From Torpedo marmorata (taxonomy: Eukaryota): a stretch of DNA of 64,000 bases. The notes beneath the pieces were generated by a model. The model worked only from the letters and a program-made list of their open reading frames with translations. It was not told where the DNA came from and ran no database searches. The translations under genes were made by a program, and so were the position numbers. Where the stretch lies: contig OZ360233.1 of the NCBI GenBank assembly GCA_977017645.1, positions 18,290,001-18,354,000 of the forward strand. Direction: 5' to 3'. Positions 35,190 to 48,526 of the stretch are shown piece after piece; within the stretch, counting starts at the first letter, position 1; the number at the start of each line of letters is the position of its first letter.

Positions 35190-37222
35190 CACACTGTTGC
35201 AAGGAGTCTGCAGATCCGAACAAATACTCAGGCTGAGTTCTGCAAAGTGCATTCAATAGAGGGCGCTCCGAACAGGGAAACAGGTGCTGATGCATTGGAT
35301 TCCAGCGAGCGTCACGTGGTGCCCTTCAGAGGACGACACTCAGCGAAAAAAGTCACCAGAACTTTAGCAATTCGTCTTTGATACAATTCGTACACATAAG
35401 CACAAAGAAGCAATTAAGATCGCATTAACGGGGCAACTTAGTGTTTATTATTACCGTTTATCTACAACAAGATACAACAGTTGACAACCTTTGCCGAAAT
35501 CGTATTTAAAACACTTTGATCAAGTTCGCCGAAATAGTTACAGCGAAGATAGAGGGAAACACGGAGATTGAGTGACTTTTTTCAATCCCGAAAGATCGTA
35601 TAAGGTGTCACGCGAAAGGCTACTGCACAGAATATACACCAGTTAGAGCCTTCTGAGTGGATGAGGGAATCGGCGCGTTGAAGGAAAACAATATAGTTGA
35701 GCAAAAAAGGGCAATTTTCAGATGCACAATTAATTACTGGTAGAGATCTACAGGATTCAACGTGTTGTCTCATCGAGTGATTATCCACGTTGATTATCTC
35801 GAGGAAATGACCATGCCTGATATACAATTGGGGATTGATACAGTGACACGTGGGTTAACAAGGAGTGAGTAGGAAGAGTAATGGAGAGGAGGACTGAGTC
35901 GTTCTCAGTGTTCAGAGAGTATGACCAAAGAGAGAGAGAGAGAGGAAGAGAGAGAGAGAGAGAGAGAGTGAGAGAGAGAGAGAGAGAGGGAGAGAGAGAG
36001 GGAGAGGGAGAGCGAGTGAGAGAGTGATAGAGAGAGAGGAAAATATGGTAGAGATCAGAGAGAGGGAGATATATGGGAAATATGAAGAGAGTGAAAAGAC
36101 AGAGAAAAAAGACATTGTGAATGGCGACGCACTTGGCTCAGCTCTGTTTCACCAGAAAATCTTGAGGAGAGAGAGGGAGAAAGGTTAAGGCGAGAGAGAG
36201 TTGGCGATGCAGGGAATGGCGAGGAAGGAGCGTTAAGAAGATGTCAAAAACAGGTAAGCAGAGAGATGGCGAGAAATATAGAGGGAAAGAAAGAAAGAGT
36301 GAAAGAGAGATTGAGGAGAGAGAGAGAGTGAGAGAGAGAGACAGAGAGAGAGAAGGATGAGAGAAATAGAGATAGAGATTGTAGTGGAGGGAGAAAGAAA
36401 AAGGGGCTTTGGTACAAATGAACGGGAAAAGGTGACCAGGAGATCTTGGTCAGAAGAACGTCAGAATCATTGCGACATGGTCGGAATTACGCAGGAGGAA
36501 GAGAGACAGTAAGGGCGGCGCTGTGAGCAAGGACAAGAGAGTAGCTGCGGGAAATATAGAAAAAATAATGGAGGAAGAGAAAGACAGATAGAGGAGACAA
36601 ATGGAGAGTGAGGCAGCATTGAAGCTCACCCTGAGAGGTTTGACGATGCTCACTAGAGGGCGTTCTCAGCCGGGAACTCTGGTGACCGTACATGCCCTGG
36701 ATATCCATGCAACAGATCGACTAATCGACAGGTGTGAAGCCATGACAAGATTGCCCAAACGTTGACTCCACCAGAATGGACAGTATCACACGAGAGGGCG
36801 TTTTCATGCCGCAGAACGTGTGACGGANNNNNNNNNNNNNNNNNNNNNNNNNNNNNNNNNNNNNNNNNNNNNNNNNNNNNNNNNNNNNNNNNNNNNNNNN
36901 NNNNNNNNNNNNNNNNNNNNNNNNNNNNNNNNNNNNNNNNNNNNNNNNNNNNNNNNNNNNNAATGATAGAGTGATAGAGCAGTGGAGTCAGAGAGGGAGA
37001 GGAATACTGTATATAAACTGAATGTAAAACAGGCAATGAGATTAATTGAAACATCGCAGATACTGATTGGTGCGTTTAACAGCTCATCTCTGTTTACGTC
37101 AGCCCTGCAGGTTGGCCACGCCCCCTGACTGACTACTGATATGACCTTACTCTCCAATATCGGTGAAGAAGCGTTAAGGCCGTCAAGTATACTGCCGTTT
37201 GATCGCCCCTGACGCCAGTACC

Positions 37223-37655
37223 ATGCGTTCCGTGTGTTGCTTCCTGATGATATTGACCACATTGCCCGGTGAGTTTCTGTCTAATTGTTCAGCAAGTGTC
37301 CCACAAGTTGAACACGCTCCTGGATTGTCCAATCATTGTGTCATTTTTTTGCAGGGACGAGTGGGAAAGATTCAGTGACCCAGGACCCTCCTGAAATAAC
37401 GGCCGAGGAAGGGGAGACGATAATAATGAACTGTACTTACACGATAGCAAATAGAAATATATTTTGGTACATGCAACATCGCGGGGAATCCCCAAAATAC
37501 TTGCTGAAGATATATAGCACAGGAAACATGATACGGTCTCCAGAATGTGAGGAGAGGTTTACTTCTGCGTTAGAAAAAGGCAGCAAGATGGCTCATCTAC
37601 ATATTTCCGGGACGCTTGTGTCGGACTCCGCCGTGTATCTCTGCGCCATGGAGCC
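37223..37655 (+). CDS. TRAV: TCR V segment, subfamily 2, open (leader 37223-37268, V exon 37355-37655)
   Basis: Near-identical to the 34758 copy; RSS 37656-37694. Confidence 0.85.
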
Positions 37656-38392
37656 CACACTGTTGCAAGGAGACTGCAGATCCGAACAAATACTCAGGCT
37701 GTGTTCTGCAAAGTGCATTCAATAGAGGGCGCTCCGAACAGGGAAACAGGTGCTGATGCATTGGATTCCAGTGAGCGGCACGTGGTGCCATTCAGAGGAC
37801 GACACTCAGCGACAAAAGTCACCAGAGCTTTAGCAATTCGTCTTTGATACAATTCGTGCGCATAAGCACAAAGAAGCAATTAACATCACATTAACGGGAC
37901 ATCTTAGTGTTTATTATTACCGTTTATCTACAACAAGATACAACAGTTAACAATCTTTGCCGAAATCGTATTTGAAACACTTTGATCAAGTTCGCCGAAA
38001 TAGTTACAGCGAGGATAGAGGGAAACACGGGGAGTGAGTGACTTTTTTCATTCCCGAAAGATCGTATAAGGTGTCACGCGAAAGGCTACTGCACAGAATA
38101 TACACCAGTTAGAGCCTTCTGAGTGGATGAGGGAATCGACGCGTTAAAGGAAAACAATATAGTGGAGCAAAAAAGGGCGATTTTCAGATGCACAATTAAT
38201 TACCGGTAGAGATCTACATGATTCAATGTGTTGTCCCATCGAGTGATTATCCACGTTGATTATCTCGAGGAAATGGCCATGCCTGATATACAATTGGGAA
38301 TTGATACAGTGACACGTGGGTTAACAAGGAGTGAGAAAGAAGAGTAATGGAGAGGGGGAGTGAGTCGTTTTCAGTGTTCAGAGAGTATGACT

Positions 38393-38436
<44 letters not shown>

Positions 38437-38699
38437 CGAGAGAGAGTGAGAGAGAGAGAGAGGGAAATAAGGTAGAGATCACAGAGAGGGAGATATATAA
38501 GGAATATGAAGAGAGTGAAAAGACAGAGAAGAAAGACATTGTGAATGGCCACGCACTTGGCTCAGCTCTGTTTCGCCAGATAAGATCGCAGCAGGTTGAC
38601 ACCCAAGTTATTTCACAAAGGGAAGAATGCCCACGGGTCGTATTTTACTCCACAATATAGGTGGAGGTATGAAACCATTGAAAGTAACCTGTCTCTCGC

Positions 38700-39158
38700 T
38701 CGCGTCTGACGCCAGACACCCGGCGTGTGTTGGATCCCTATGCTGGCCTTAGTGACAGCCAGATCTCTGCTGCAGTGGCCAGAGTGTGTCCCGAGGGTAC
38801 GTGGAAACCCCGGCTGTTAGTTCACTCTGTCCTTCTTTGCAGGAACGAGTGGGAGAGATTTAGTGACCCAGGACCGAGTAAGTACAAATTGCAATACTGA
38901 AGTGTAGTTACTGGATAGCTGGTGAACATAGTTTAGCTACATTCAGCATCGTGAGAGGTTTATAAAGTACATGCTGAAGGAATTCAACGTAAGAAAGATG
39001 CAACGGCCACCGGAATGTCCGGAGAGGTTTACCGCTGTTTTTCAGAAAGACAGCAAGATGGCTCATCTAAATATTTCTGGGGTAATGGCATCGGACTCCG
39101 TCGTGTATCTCGGTGCCTTGAAGCCCACCCTGTTGCAGAGTGATGGCGAACAAAAACC
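38700..39158 (+). pseudogene. Decayed TCR V pseudogene, 17-bp-spacer RSS
   Basis: PECPERFTAVFQKDSKMAHLNIS...VYLGAL (Cys104 lost); CACCCTG 39126 + 17 + ACAAAAACC. Confidence 0.8.
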
Positions 39159-40341
39159 GACCATGTATGCTGCAAAGAGTTCGCGGTAGCATAAAGGCCA
39201 AAGGGATAGCAAGAAAAACGCGAGGGCACATGGTCTCCATTTAAAGACGACAATCAGACTCAAATATCGTCCGATCTTCATGAATTAATCCTTAATTCAC
39301 CTCATACGTTCAGGCACAAGTGGAGACATCATTTAGGATTTATATAATGAGGTCGCCAGAGGGCGCGCTTAGCCGGGAACGAATCGCACGTGACACTCAG
39401 AAAAATAATTCAGCCAAGCTTCAGGAATTGTTACAGAATGCAAGTCAATACAATTAAGAACATTACACAAGATTTCCAGAACACCTTACTGTCTCTCACC
39501 CCGTTGTATGCAACACGACATGGCGCTTGAAACCATTGCTGGAAAATGTCTTTCACCACTTTGTTAGAGCTCCCTGAAGTTCTTGCATTGCGGAATACCT
39601 AGAGATTCAGCGAATCTATGTTTGGAGAAAGCACCAGATAAGGTGTTACAACAAGATTGAGCAAGAGATTACTGCCATGTATCGGGGTTTGAACCACTGA
39701 CGGAAAACTGTGATGCAAAAATACGTTTATGGGTGGAGACTGAATAAAACTAATGGGGTTTCATTTGGCTCTCATCGGCAGCCTCCTCAGGGAATGACGT
39801 GGAAATGGCGCATAGCATATGACGGATGGGTTAGAAATTTGCGAGGAGAGAGGGAGAACGACCAGAGGGAGAGAGATGTAAAGCTGGAGAAGAGTGGGAC
39901 GACACATCAGCCTCCGGAGAGTGTGTGNNNNNNNNNNNNNNNNNNNNNNNNNNNNNNNNNNNNNNNNNNNNNNNNNNNNNNNNNNNNNNNNNNNNNNNNN
40001 NNNNNNNNNNNNNNNNNNNNNNNNNNNNNNNNNNNNNNNNNNNNNNNNNNNNNNNNNNNNNNNNNNNNNNNNNATGGAGAAATGGGTGAATGGCAGAGAT
40101 AGAGAAGTAGAGTCATAGAGAAAAATAAATAAACTGCAATTAATTTAGGCAATGAGATGAATTGAAACAGTGAAGATTCTGATTGGTGCCTTTATCACGT
40201 CTGCTCTGTTTACCAGTCAGACATGCAGGTGAGCCACGCCCCCAGTCTGACCGCTGATATGACTTTACTCACCAATGTCGGTGAAGTGGCGGTAAGTTCG
40301 TCAATGTAAACTGCGTTTTGATCGCGCCTGACGCCAGTACC

Positions 40342-40818
40342 ATACGTGCCGTGTGTTGCTTCCTTATGATATTGATCACGCTGCCCGGTGATTTTTTTGT
40401 CTGATTGTTCACCGAGTGTCCCACAAGTTGAACACGCTCGTGGATTGTTCATTCATTGTGTCATTTGTTGCAGGAACGAATGGGAAGGATTCAGTGACCC
40501 AGGACCCTCCTGAAATAACGGATGAGGAAGGGGAGATCATAATAATGAACTGTACTTGCACGACAGCATATGGAAATATATTCTGGTACATACAACGTTG
40601 CGGGGAATCTCCAAAATACGTGCTGAAGACATATACTGTAGTACAGGACAGATTCAACGGTCTCCAGAATGTCAGGAGAGGCTTACCGCTTCCTTGGAAA
40701 AAGGTAGCAAGATGTTTCATTTAAATATTTCCGGGATGTTCGTGTCGGACTCCGCCGTGTATTTATGCGCCATGGAGCCCACACTGTTGCTAGTAGATGG
40801 CGAATCCGAATAAATACT
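40342..40818 (+). pseudogene. TCR V pseudogene (subfamily 2)
   Basis: Leader ATG>ATA, frameshift at CDR2; RSS 40780-40818. Confidence 0.85.
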
Positions 40819-41769
40819 CAGGCTGTGCGCTTGAAGAGCGAAACAGGTGTAATGCACATGCATTTCGCGAGCGTCACGTGGTCTCCTTCAGAGGATGAAA
40901 CTCAGCGCAAAACTCGCCCGAATTTCAGCAATTCATCTTTGTTACGAACCGTACGCATGAGCACAAATAAGCAATTTACATAGGTTTAACGGGGCATCTC
41001 AGTGTCGTTTATATACAACAACACACAACGGTTGACAATTCTCCCGGAAATCGTCTATAAACCACTTTTGTCGAGTTTCTCGTAATTGTTACACCGGGGT
41101 TAAAGGGAAACATGGAGAGAGAGTAAACGTTTCATTCCCAAAACATCGTATAAGGTGTCACGTGCAAGGCTACTTCCCAAAAGATAAATTAAGTTAGATT
41201 ATTCTGCATGGATGAAGGAAACGACTCGTTAAAAGAAAACAAGTAGTGGAGACAAATCGGCAATTATCCGATGGACAATTAATTACTGGTCGAGAGCCAC
41301 ATCATTCAATGTGTTGTCTCATCGAGTGAACATCCACGTTATTTATCTCGAGCCAATGTCCTTGCGTCATGTCATGGCATTGGCGATTGATACAGCGAAA
41401 GGTGGATTAGAAAGGAGTGAGTGGGAAGAGAAATAGAGAGGGGAGAGAGAGTAGTTCGCAAGGATCACAGAGAATGACAGAGGAGAGAGGGAGTGAGAGA
41501 GGGAAAGAGAGGGAAATGTGGGGAGGGGGATAAAGAGGGAGGGAGAGAGATACGAAATATGAAGAGAGTGAAAAATGAGAGAAAAAAGACTGCGAATGGC
41601 GACCGATTGGCTCAGCTCTGTTTCACCGGAAAATCACGCAGCAGTGTGATACCACGTTTTTTCACCAAGTGAAGACTGCCTGCTGGTATTATTGTACTGC
41701 ACCATATAGGTCGAGGTACAAAGCCCTTGAAAGTAACCAGTCCCTCGCTGGAGCCTGCTGCCACACACC

Positions 41770-42201
41770 ATGCGTGGACCGGGTCCCTATATTGGCCGTG
41801 TTGCCTGCCGGATCTCTGTTACAGTGGCCAGAGTGGGTCCCGCGGGATACGTAGAAGCCCAGGCTGTTCACGAACTCATTTCAGGAACGTGTGGGAGACT
41901 TTCAGTGACCTTGGACCGAGGAAGGATAGACCGTAGTACTGAACTGTAGTTACCCGATAGGTGGTGAACATACTTTTGGTGCATTCTGCATCGTCGGGTG
42001 GGGTTGCAGAGTATTCGTTGAAGGAATTCAGCACAGGAAACATGGGCCAGCCACCAGAATGTCCGGAGAGGTTTACCGCTCTTCTATAGAAGACAGCAGG
42101 ATAGCTCATCTAAATATTACCCCGCTGTTGCTGTCGCACTCCGTCGTGTATCTTGGTGCCATGCAGCCCACACTGTTGCAGGGCGATGGAGAACAAAAGC
42201 C
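41770..42201 (+). pseudogene. Decayed TCR V pseudogene, 17-bp-spacer RSS
   Basis: AHLNI...VYLGAMQ; CACACTG 42169 + 17 + ACAAAAGCC. Confidence 0.75.
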
Positions 42202-43032
42202 GATCATGTGTGCTACAAAGAGCGTGCACGAGAGTTGGCCATAGCATGAAATCCAAAGTGACAGCAAGTAAAATGCGTGGGTCACGTGGTCTCCATTAAA
42301 AGGGCGATAATCGGGAGCAAATATTCCTCAATTTTCAGGAATTGATCCTAAATTCGACTCATACCCCCAATCACAGATAGAGCCATCATATTGGATTTAT
42401 ACCATGAGGACGCCAGAGGGTGCGCTGAGCGGGAAAGTGTCGGAAGCGACGCTTAGAAAAAGAATTCACCGTAGCTTGAGGAATTTATATTGAATGCAAG
42501 TTAATACGATTAAGAACATCACACAGGATTTCGAGAAAACCTTAATGTCTCTCACCCCATTATCTACAACAGGACATGGCGCGCGAAATCATTGCAGGAA
42601 AACGTTTTTCACAACATTGTTGGAGCTCCCTGCATGGAGAACGACCTGGCGATACATCGAATTTATCTCTCGAGAAAGCAAAAGATAAGGTGTTGAAACT
42701 ATGATTCAGCTAGAGTGTCTTGCCATGTGTAGGGGATAGAACCACTAATGGTAAACTGTGAGGAAAAAGGGATTTTATTGGATGGTTAGTAAATAACTAG
42801 AACGATGTCACAGGATTCAAGGTGTGTCTCATCGAGCTCTTCCTCGCAATGATGATCCCGATAAATGCAACACGTGCAATGACATGGAAATGGCGCAGAA
42901 CATATGACATGGAGTCGCATTTTGAGAGAAGATGTAGAAAGGGCAAAGGGGAGAGAGACGTGTAGATGCAGAGAATTGCGAGTAAAGAGCGAGAGAAAGA
43001 TATCGAAAACAGACAAGCAGAAAGAGAGAGAG

Positions 43033-43081
<49 letters not shown>

Positions 43082-43909
43082 ATGCGGGGAGAAAAGAGAG
43101 ATAACGAGAATTTGGTGAAAGGTGGCAGGATGAGGGAGAAAGAGAAGGGTTATGCGTACAAATGACAAGGTGAACGCGGCCAGGATACAGAGGAAGTGAT
43201 TGTCAGAAGAATGTCAGAATTAGTGCGATATGGTCGCAAGTACGCAGGTACGGAGAGACAGTAAGGGCGCAGCTGAGAGCGAGGACGTTAGAGAAACAGA
43301 GGGAAGTAAAGAAAGAGTAATGGAGGAAGAGAAAAGCTTAATGCAAAAAGAAATGGAGAGGGATGCAGCAATAAAGCACATCCTGAAAGATTTGTCGATT
43401 GTCAGCAGGGGGCGTTCTCGCCCCGTAGGTCTTCTGTTCGTACTTGCCCTGGACACCGATGCGACAGATTGATAGGTCTGAATCCATGAGAAAGTTGCAC
43501 GAACGTTGACTCCACAAGTTCGGAGAGTCGTTCACTAGAGGTCGTATTCACCCCGCAGATCGTCGGAGGACACCTCAGCCTCCAGAGAGGTGAGAGGAGA
43601 GAGAGAGAGAGAGAGAGTGGGGGGGGGGGGGTAAGAGAAGAAGCAATATGGAGAGTAAATGACAGAGATAGGGAAGTGGAGTCATAGAGAAAACAACTGA
43701 ACTGCACTTAAAAGAAGCAATGAGATCAATTGAAATGGAGCAAATTCTGATTGGTGCCTTTATCAGCTCAGCTCTGTTTACCAGTCATTCCTGAAGGTGG
43801 GCCACGCCCCCTGGTTGACCACTGATATGACTTTACTCATTAATATCGGTGAAGAGGCGATAAGTTCGTCAAAGTAAACTTCCTTTTGATCGCCCCTGAC
43901 GCTAGTACC

Positions 43910-44379
43910 ATGCGTCCCGTGTGTTGCTTCCTGATAATATTGAGCGCGCTGCCCGGTGAGTATCTGTCTAATTGTTCAGCGAGTGTCTCACATGTTGAAC
44001 ACGCTCGAAGATTGTTCATTCGTTGTGTCATTTGTTGCAGGAACGAGTGGGAAAGATTCAGTGACCCAGGACCCTCCTGAAATAACGGCTGAGGAAGGGG
44101 AGACAATAATAATGAACTGTACTTACACGACAGACATTAGAAATATATTCTGGTACATGCAACATCACGGGGAATCTCCAAAATACGTGCTGATGTTATA
44201 TAGTTCAGGACAGATGCAACGGTCTCCAGAAAGTCAGGAGAGGTTTACTGCTTCTTTGGGAAAAGGTAGAAAGATGGCTCATCTAAATATTGCCGGGATG
44301 CTCGTGTCGGACTCGCCGTGTATCTCTGCGCCATGGAGCCCACACTGTTGCAAGGAAGTGGCGAATCCGAACAAATACT
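43910..44379 (+). pseudogene. TCR V segment with a single 1-bp deletion just before YLC
   Basis: Leader 43910-43955, V exon 44041-44340 open until GACTCGCC (paralogues GACTCCGCC); RSS 44341-44379 intact. Confidence 0.8.
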
Positions 44380-44859
44380 GCGGCTGTGCGCTGTAAAGCG
44401 CACTCACTTGAAGGCGATCTGAGGAGCAAAAATGCACATGAATGCCGCGAGCGTCACGTGGTCTCCTTCAGAGGACGACACTCAGCGACAAAAGTCGCCC
44501 GAATTTTAGCAATCCGTCTCCATACCAATCGTACGCATAAGCACAAAAAAAACAATTTACATAGGTTTAACGGGGCATCTCAATGTCCATTAAAGTTGCT
44601 GATGTACAACAAAACAGAACCGTTGACAATTTTCCCGGAAATCGTCTATAAACCACTGTTCGAGTTTCTCGTAATTTTTACAGTGGGTCTAAAGGGAAAC
44701 CTGGCGATAGCGCAACATTTTCATTCCAAAATATCGTATAAGGTGTCACGTGCAAGGTTACTACACAGAATATAAATTAAGTTAGATTCTTCTGCATGGA
44801 TGAAGGAATCGACTCGTTAAAGGAAAACAAGTAGTGAAGACATAAGGGCGATTTTATTT

Positions 44860-46215
44860 TCCAAGATTAATAGGAATATATCTAATCCGATACTCAAACA
44901 TACATTGCGAATCTGGTTAAAATTTATGAAATTTTAATTTAAAAACTTTGTGTTATCTAGTGCTATCTCTCATAACTATTTTTTCGACCATCAATAATTG
45001 ATAAATTTTTCTCTATTTGGAAAACCAAAGGTATTGTTTCTTTTGCAGATTTATTAAAGGAAGGTTGTTTAATGTCTTTTGAACAGCTTGCAAGTAAATA
45101 TGACTTACCAAATAATCATTTTTAAAGATATTTACAGATTAGAAATTTGTTAAATATCATATTACGGGATTTTCCATTTATATATCCACCATATTTAGTT
45201 GATAATATTTTCCAATTGAATCCTTCTCAGAAAGGTTTAATTGGAATTATATATGATAGATTATTAAAATTACGTCCAGTACTTCATGATAAAATTAAAA
45301 AGACTTGGGAACTGGAATTTGCAAGACCCTTATCTGAGCATCTGTGGGACAAGATTTTTAAATTGGTAAATACATCTTCTATATGTGCCCGACATTCATT
45401 AATCCAATTCAAAGTGGTGCATCGTGTTCACATGTCCAAAGATAAATTGGCGAGTATTTTGTTTGTAATATTAACCCTATTTGTGACAGATGCAAATCTG
45501 AAATTGCTACATTGACACATATGTTTTGGTCTTGTTCATCCTCAGAAAACGATTGGAAAGAAAATTTTAATATCTTTTCAACTATACTCCAGGTGGGGCT
45601 ACGACCCAATCCAATAACTGCTCTTTTCTGGGTTATTGACCTAGACATAGGGAGTTTTGCTGTACCTGTTCAAGGGGTTGTTGCCTTCTCTACACTGTTG
45701 GCTAGAAGAGCCATCCTATTCAAATGGAAAGACTCTAGACCTCCAACAGTGTTTCAATGGTTTTCTCATATTATGTCTTGTTTAAGCTTAAAAAAATTAG
45801 ATATCATGTATTTGATTAATGGGTGAAATTTGAAGATACATGGCGACCTTTTATGTCTTATTTTCATATGATGTAAGTGTTTCTAATGTGATTAGATGTA
45901 TTTACCCTTCTTTTGTTTTTTGATTTACGGTAGGAACCAAAAATTACAAAATATATATAACCTTCAGGTTGAGCTGCTCAGCTGTTTATTTGTTATTTTT
46001 TTAAATTAGAGTATGTTTGGTGGTTTTTAACATATATATGTATAATACTTTTGATGTTTTGTTTTCATTGTCACCTATTGCAGTGGAGGGGGATCGAATG
46101 TATACTGTTTGAAATTTTATTTTAATATATATACATATGTGATATTGTATTTTCAATTTCGTTCCCTTTTCTTCATTGTATTGGTAATTCCTATAAATAT
46201 CAATAAAAAAGATGG
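44860..46215 (+). mobile_element. L1-clade 3' fragment
   Basis: SSICARHSLIQFKVVHR..THMFWSC; 3'UTR and A-tail. Confidence 0.85.
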
Positions 46216-46229
46216 AAAAGGAAAGAAAG

Positions 46230-47390
46230 AAAATTCTCCAGAAAATCCATCAGGACCTGATGACTTCTCAGAATGTAATGAACGTACAGCCTCGGCTGTA
46301 CGAAATAGGTTGATCCATCTACTTTTGATTAGCAGCAGAAAGTACAGGAATATTCAATTGATCTCAAAACTATTCATTACAACATTATCCTTAGGAGAAT
46401 CGGAACTATAAAGTTCATAATAAAATTCCTCAAAGGTATCATTTATTTCTAAAGGATCAGTTGTCATATCACCATTAGCTTTGCGAATTTCTATAATTTG
46501 TCGTTGGCGACTAAAGCTTTTAATTGATTAGCCAATAGTTTACCTGTTTTATCTCCATGAATATAAAATTGACTTTTACCTATTAAAAGTTGACTTTCAA
46601 TTGAATACATTAGAAGAAGATCATATTTAGTTTTAATTTCGACACGCCGTTTATGTAAAGCAGGGGCTGGAGCCAGAGCATACTTTTGATCTAATTGTTT
46701 CAGTTGGTTAGCTAAATCAGTTTTATATTTATTGGCGTTTTTCTTAATACTTGCAGTATAAGAAATAATTTGCCCCCGAATAAAAGCCTTGAAAGCGTCC
46801 CAGACAATAAGACTGGAAATCTCTCCCTCAGTATTTTTTTTCAAAAAAGAAAGTAATTTGTTCCTCCAAGAACTTTAAACAATCTTTATCAGAAAGTAAG
46901 GTTGAATTAAATCGCCAATATCTGTTTATTTGGGGAAGACCAAGGAAGTTTAAAGATAAGAACACAGGAGCATGGTCGGAAAAGACTATATTTGTATGTT
47001 CAGAAGATCGAATTAGTGGGATCATTTGACTGTCAATAAAAAATAGTGGATCCGCGAATATGTCTGATGAACGTGAGAGAAAAACGAACACTCCCTATCG
47101 TCTGGATGACAAAAAACGCCAGACATCAATAATGCCACATTTTAATAAAATATATTGAATGAATAAAGCCGATCTGTTCAAAATGGCTGGTTTAGAAGAC
47201 GAGCTGTCCAAAACCGGATCTAACCAGCAATTAAAGTCTCCTCCCATCACTAATGAGTAAAGGCAAGGATGAAAAAAAAACGTTCAAAGAATCCAGGGCC
47301 ATCCACATTCGGAGCATAAACATCAGCAAACACTATCAATTTATTATATAATTTCCCTGTCACGATAACGAAAGGACCGTTTGCATCTCC
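46230..47390 (-). mobile_element. L1-clade ORF2 endonuclease/linker fragment
   Basis: VYAPN, SDHAPV, WRFNSTLL, WDAFKAFIRG, GDKTGKLLA. Confidence 0.85.
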
Positions 47391-47654
47391 CTTTAAAATA
47401 TTTGTATTGATTTTATAGAAAAAACCCTTTATACATGGTTTATAATTGATTACATAATTCAATTCAATTCATAGTATATACATAACATATATAGATTGTA
47501 ACACAGAATATAAACCATAATTATCAGGCAACGTACCTTCCTCAAAACCTTGGATTCTAATGTTAAACAGAAAATAACAAGATGGAATTAAGAATTCCAT
47601 ATAAATGGACTTTATATCTTCATCTTATTCTATAATGTGATCATTATTCATTGT

Positions 47655-48526
47655 CTACTGTAGCCTGGTTTTCTCTGGAAATAAGAACAAATAAAAAACA
47701 AAAAAGAAAAAAAAAAGAAAAAAAAAAGAAAAAAGAACCGCCCCTACTAATCCTACCCCTCCCACTAAACAAGGTTAACCTACATTTAATAAGTAGATAT
47801 GAATCGAATCGCGACTCCTGGACATCAGACAGGGAATCCTCAGAGCATCCACAAAACTAAATCTTCAAGTTATGATGGTAATCCATGAATGGGCCCCACA
47901 TCTTGTCGAATTCAACCTTGACATCTTTAATGTTATATCTAATTTTCTCCAAACTTAAGTAAGACATAATATCATCCAACCATTGCATATGAGTAGGTGA
48001 AGAATTATCTTTCCATTTCATCAGAATTGCTCGTCTGGTTATGAACGAGGTAAAGGCTAGGATTCATTTTTGGGTTGAAGTCAAGGGTGCATCCTCTTCT
48101 TGAGAGAAACCAAACAAAGCAATTAAGGGGCAAGGTTCTAATTTGATAAAGTTTGGAAAATTTGTTCCCAAAATTTTCTTAATTTGGGGCACTCCCAAAA
48201 GATATGAATCAGTGAAGCTTCAAAGATTTTACATTTATCACATAGTGGATCAATATCAGTATAAAAACGAGATAATTTAACTTTAGACATGTGTATTCTA
48301 TACACCACCTTAAATCGTAACAAACAATGTCGTGCACACAATGAAGATTCATTAATCAAATTTAGAGTGGTGTCCCACTCCTCATCTGAAAATAATATAT
48401 TCAAATCCCGTTCCCATTCATTCTTGATCCCAGTCACTGAGGCCATTCTTAGGTCCATCAAATTATTGCAAATAATTGATATCAATCCACCATGGGAGAA
48501 CTGAAAATCAAAAAGTAAATCAAGAA
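47655..48526 (-). mobile_element. L1-clade 3' fragment
   Basis: SSLCARHCLLRFKVVYR..CDKC...HIFWEC. Confidence 0.8.

Noticed and set aside
29600-38400. CRISPR-like or satellite array
   Set aside because: The repeat units are ~2.5-kb V gene duplications in eukaryotic DNA, with no repeat-spacer structure.
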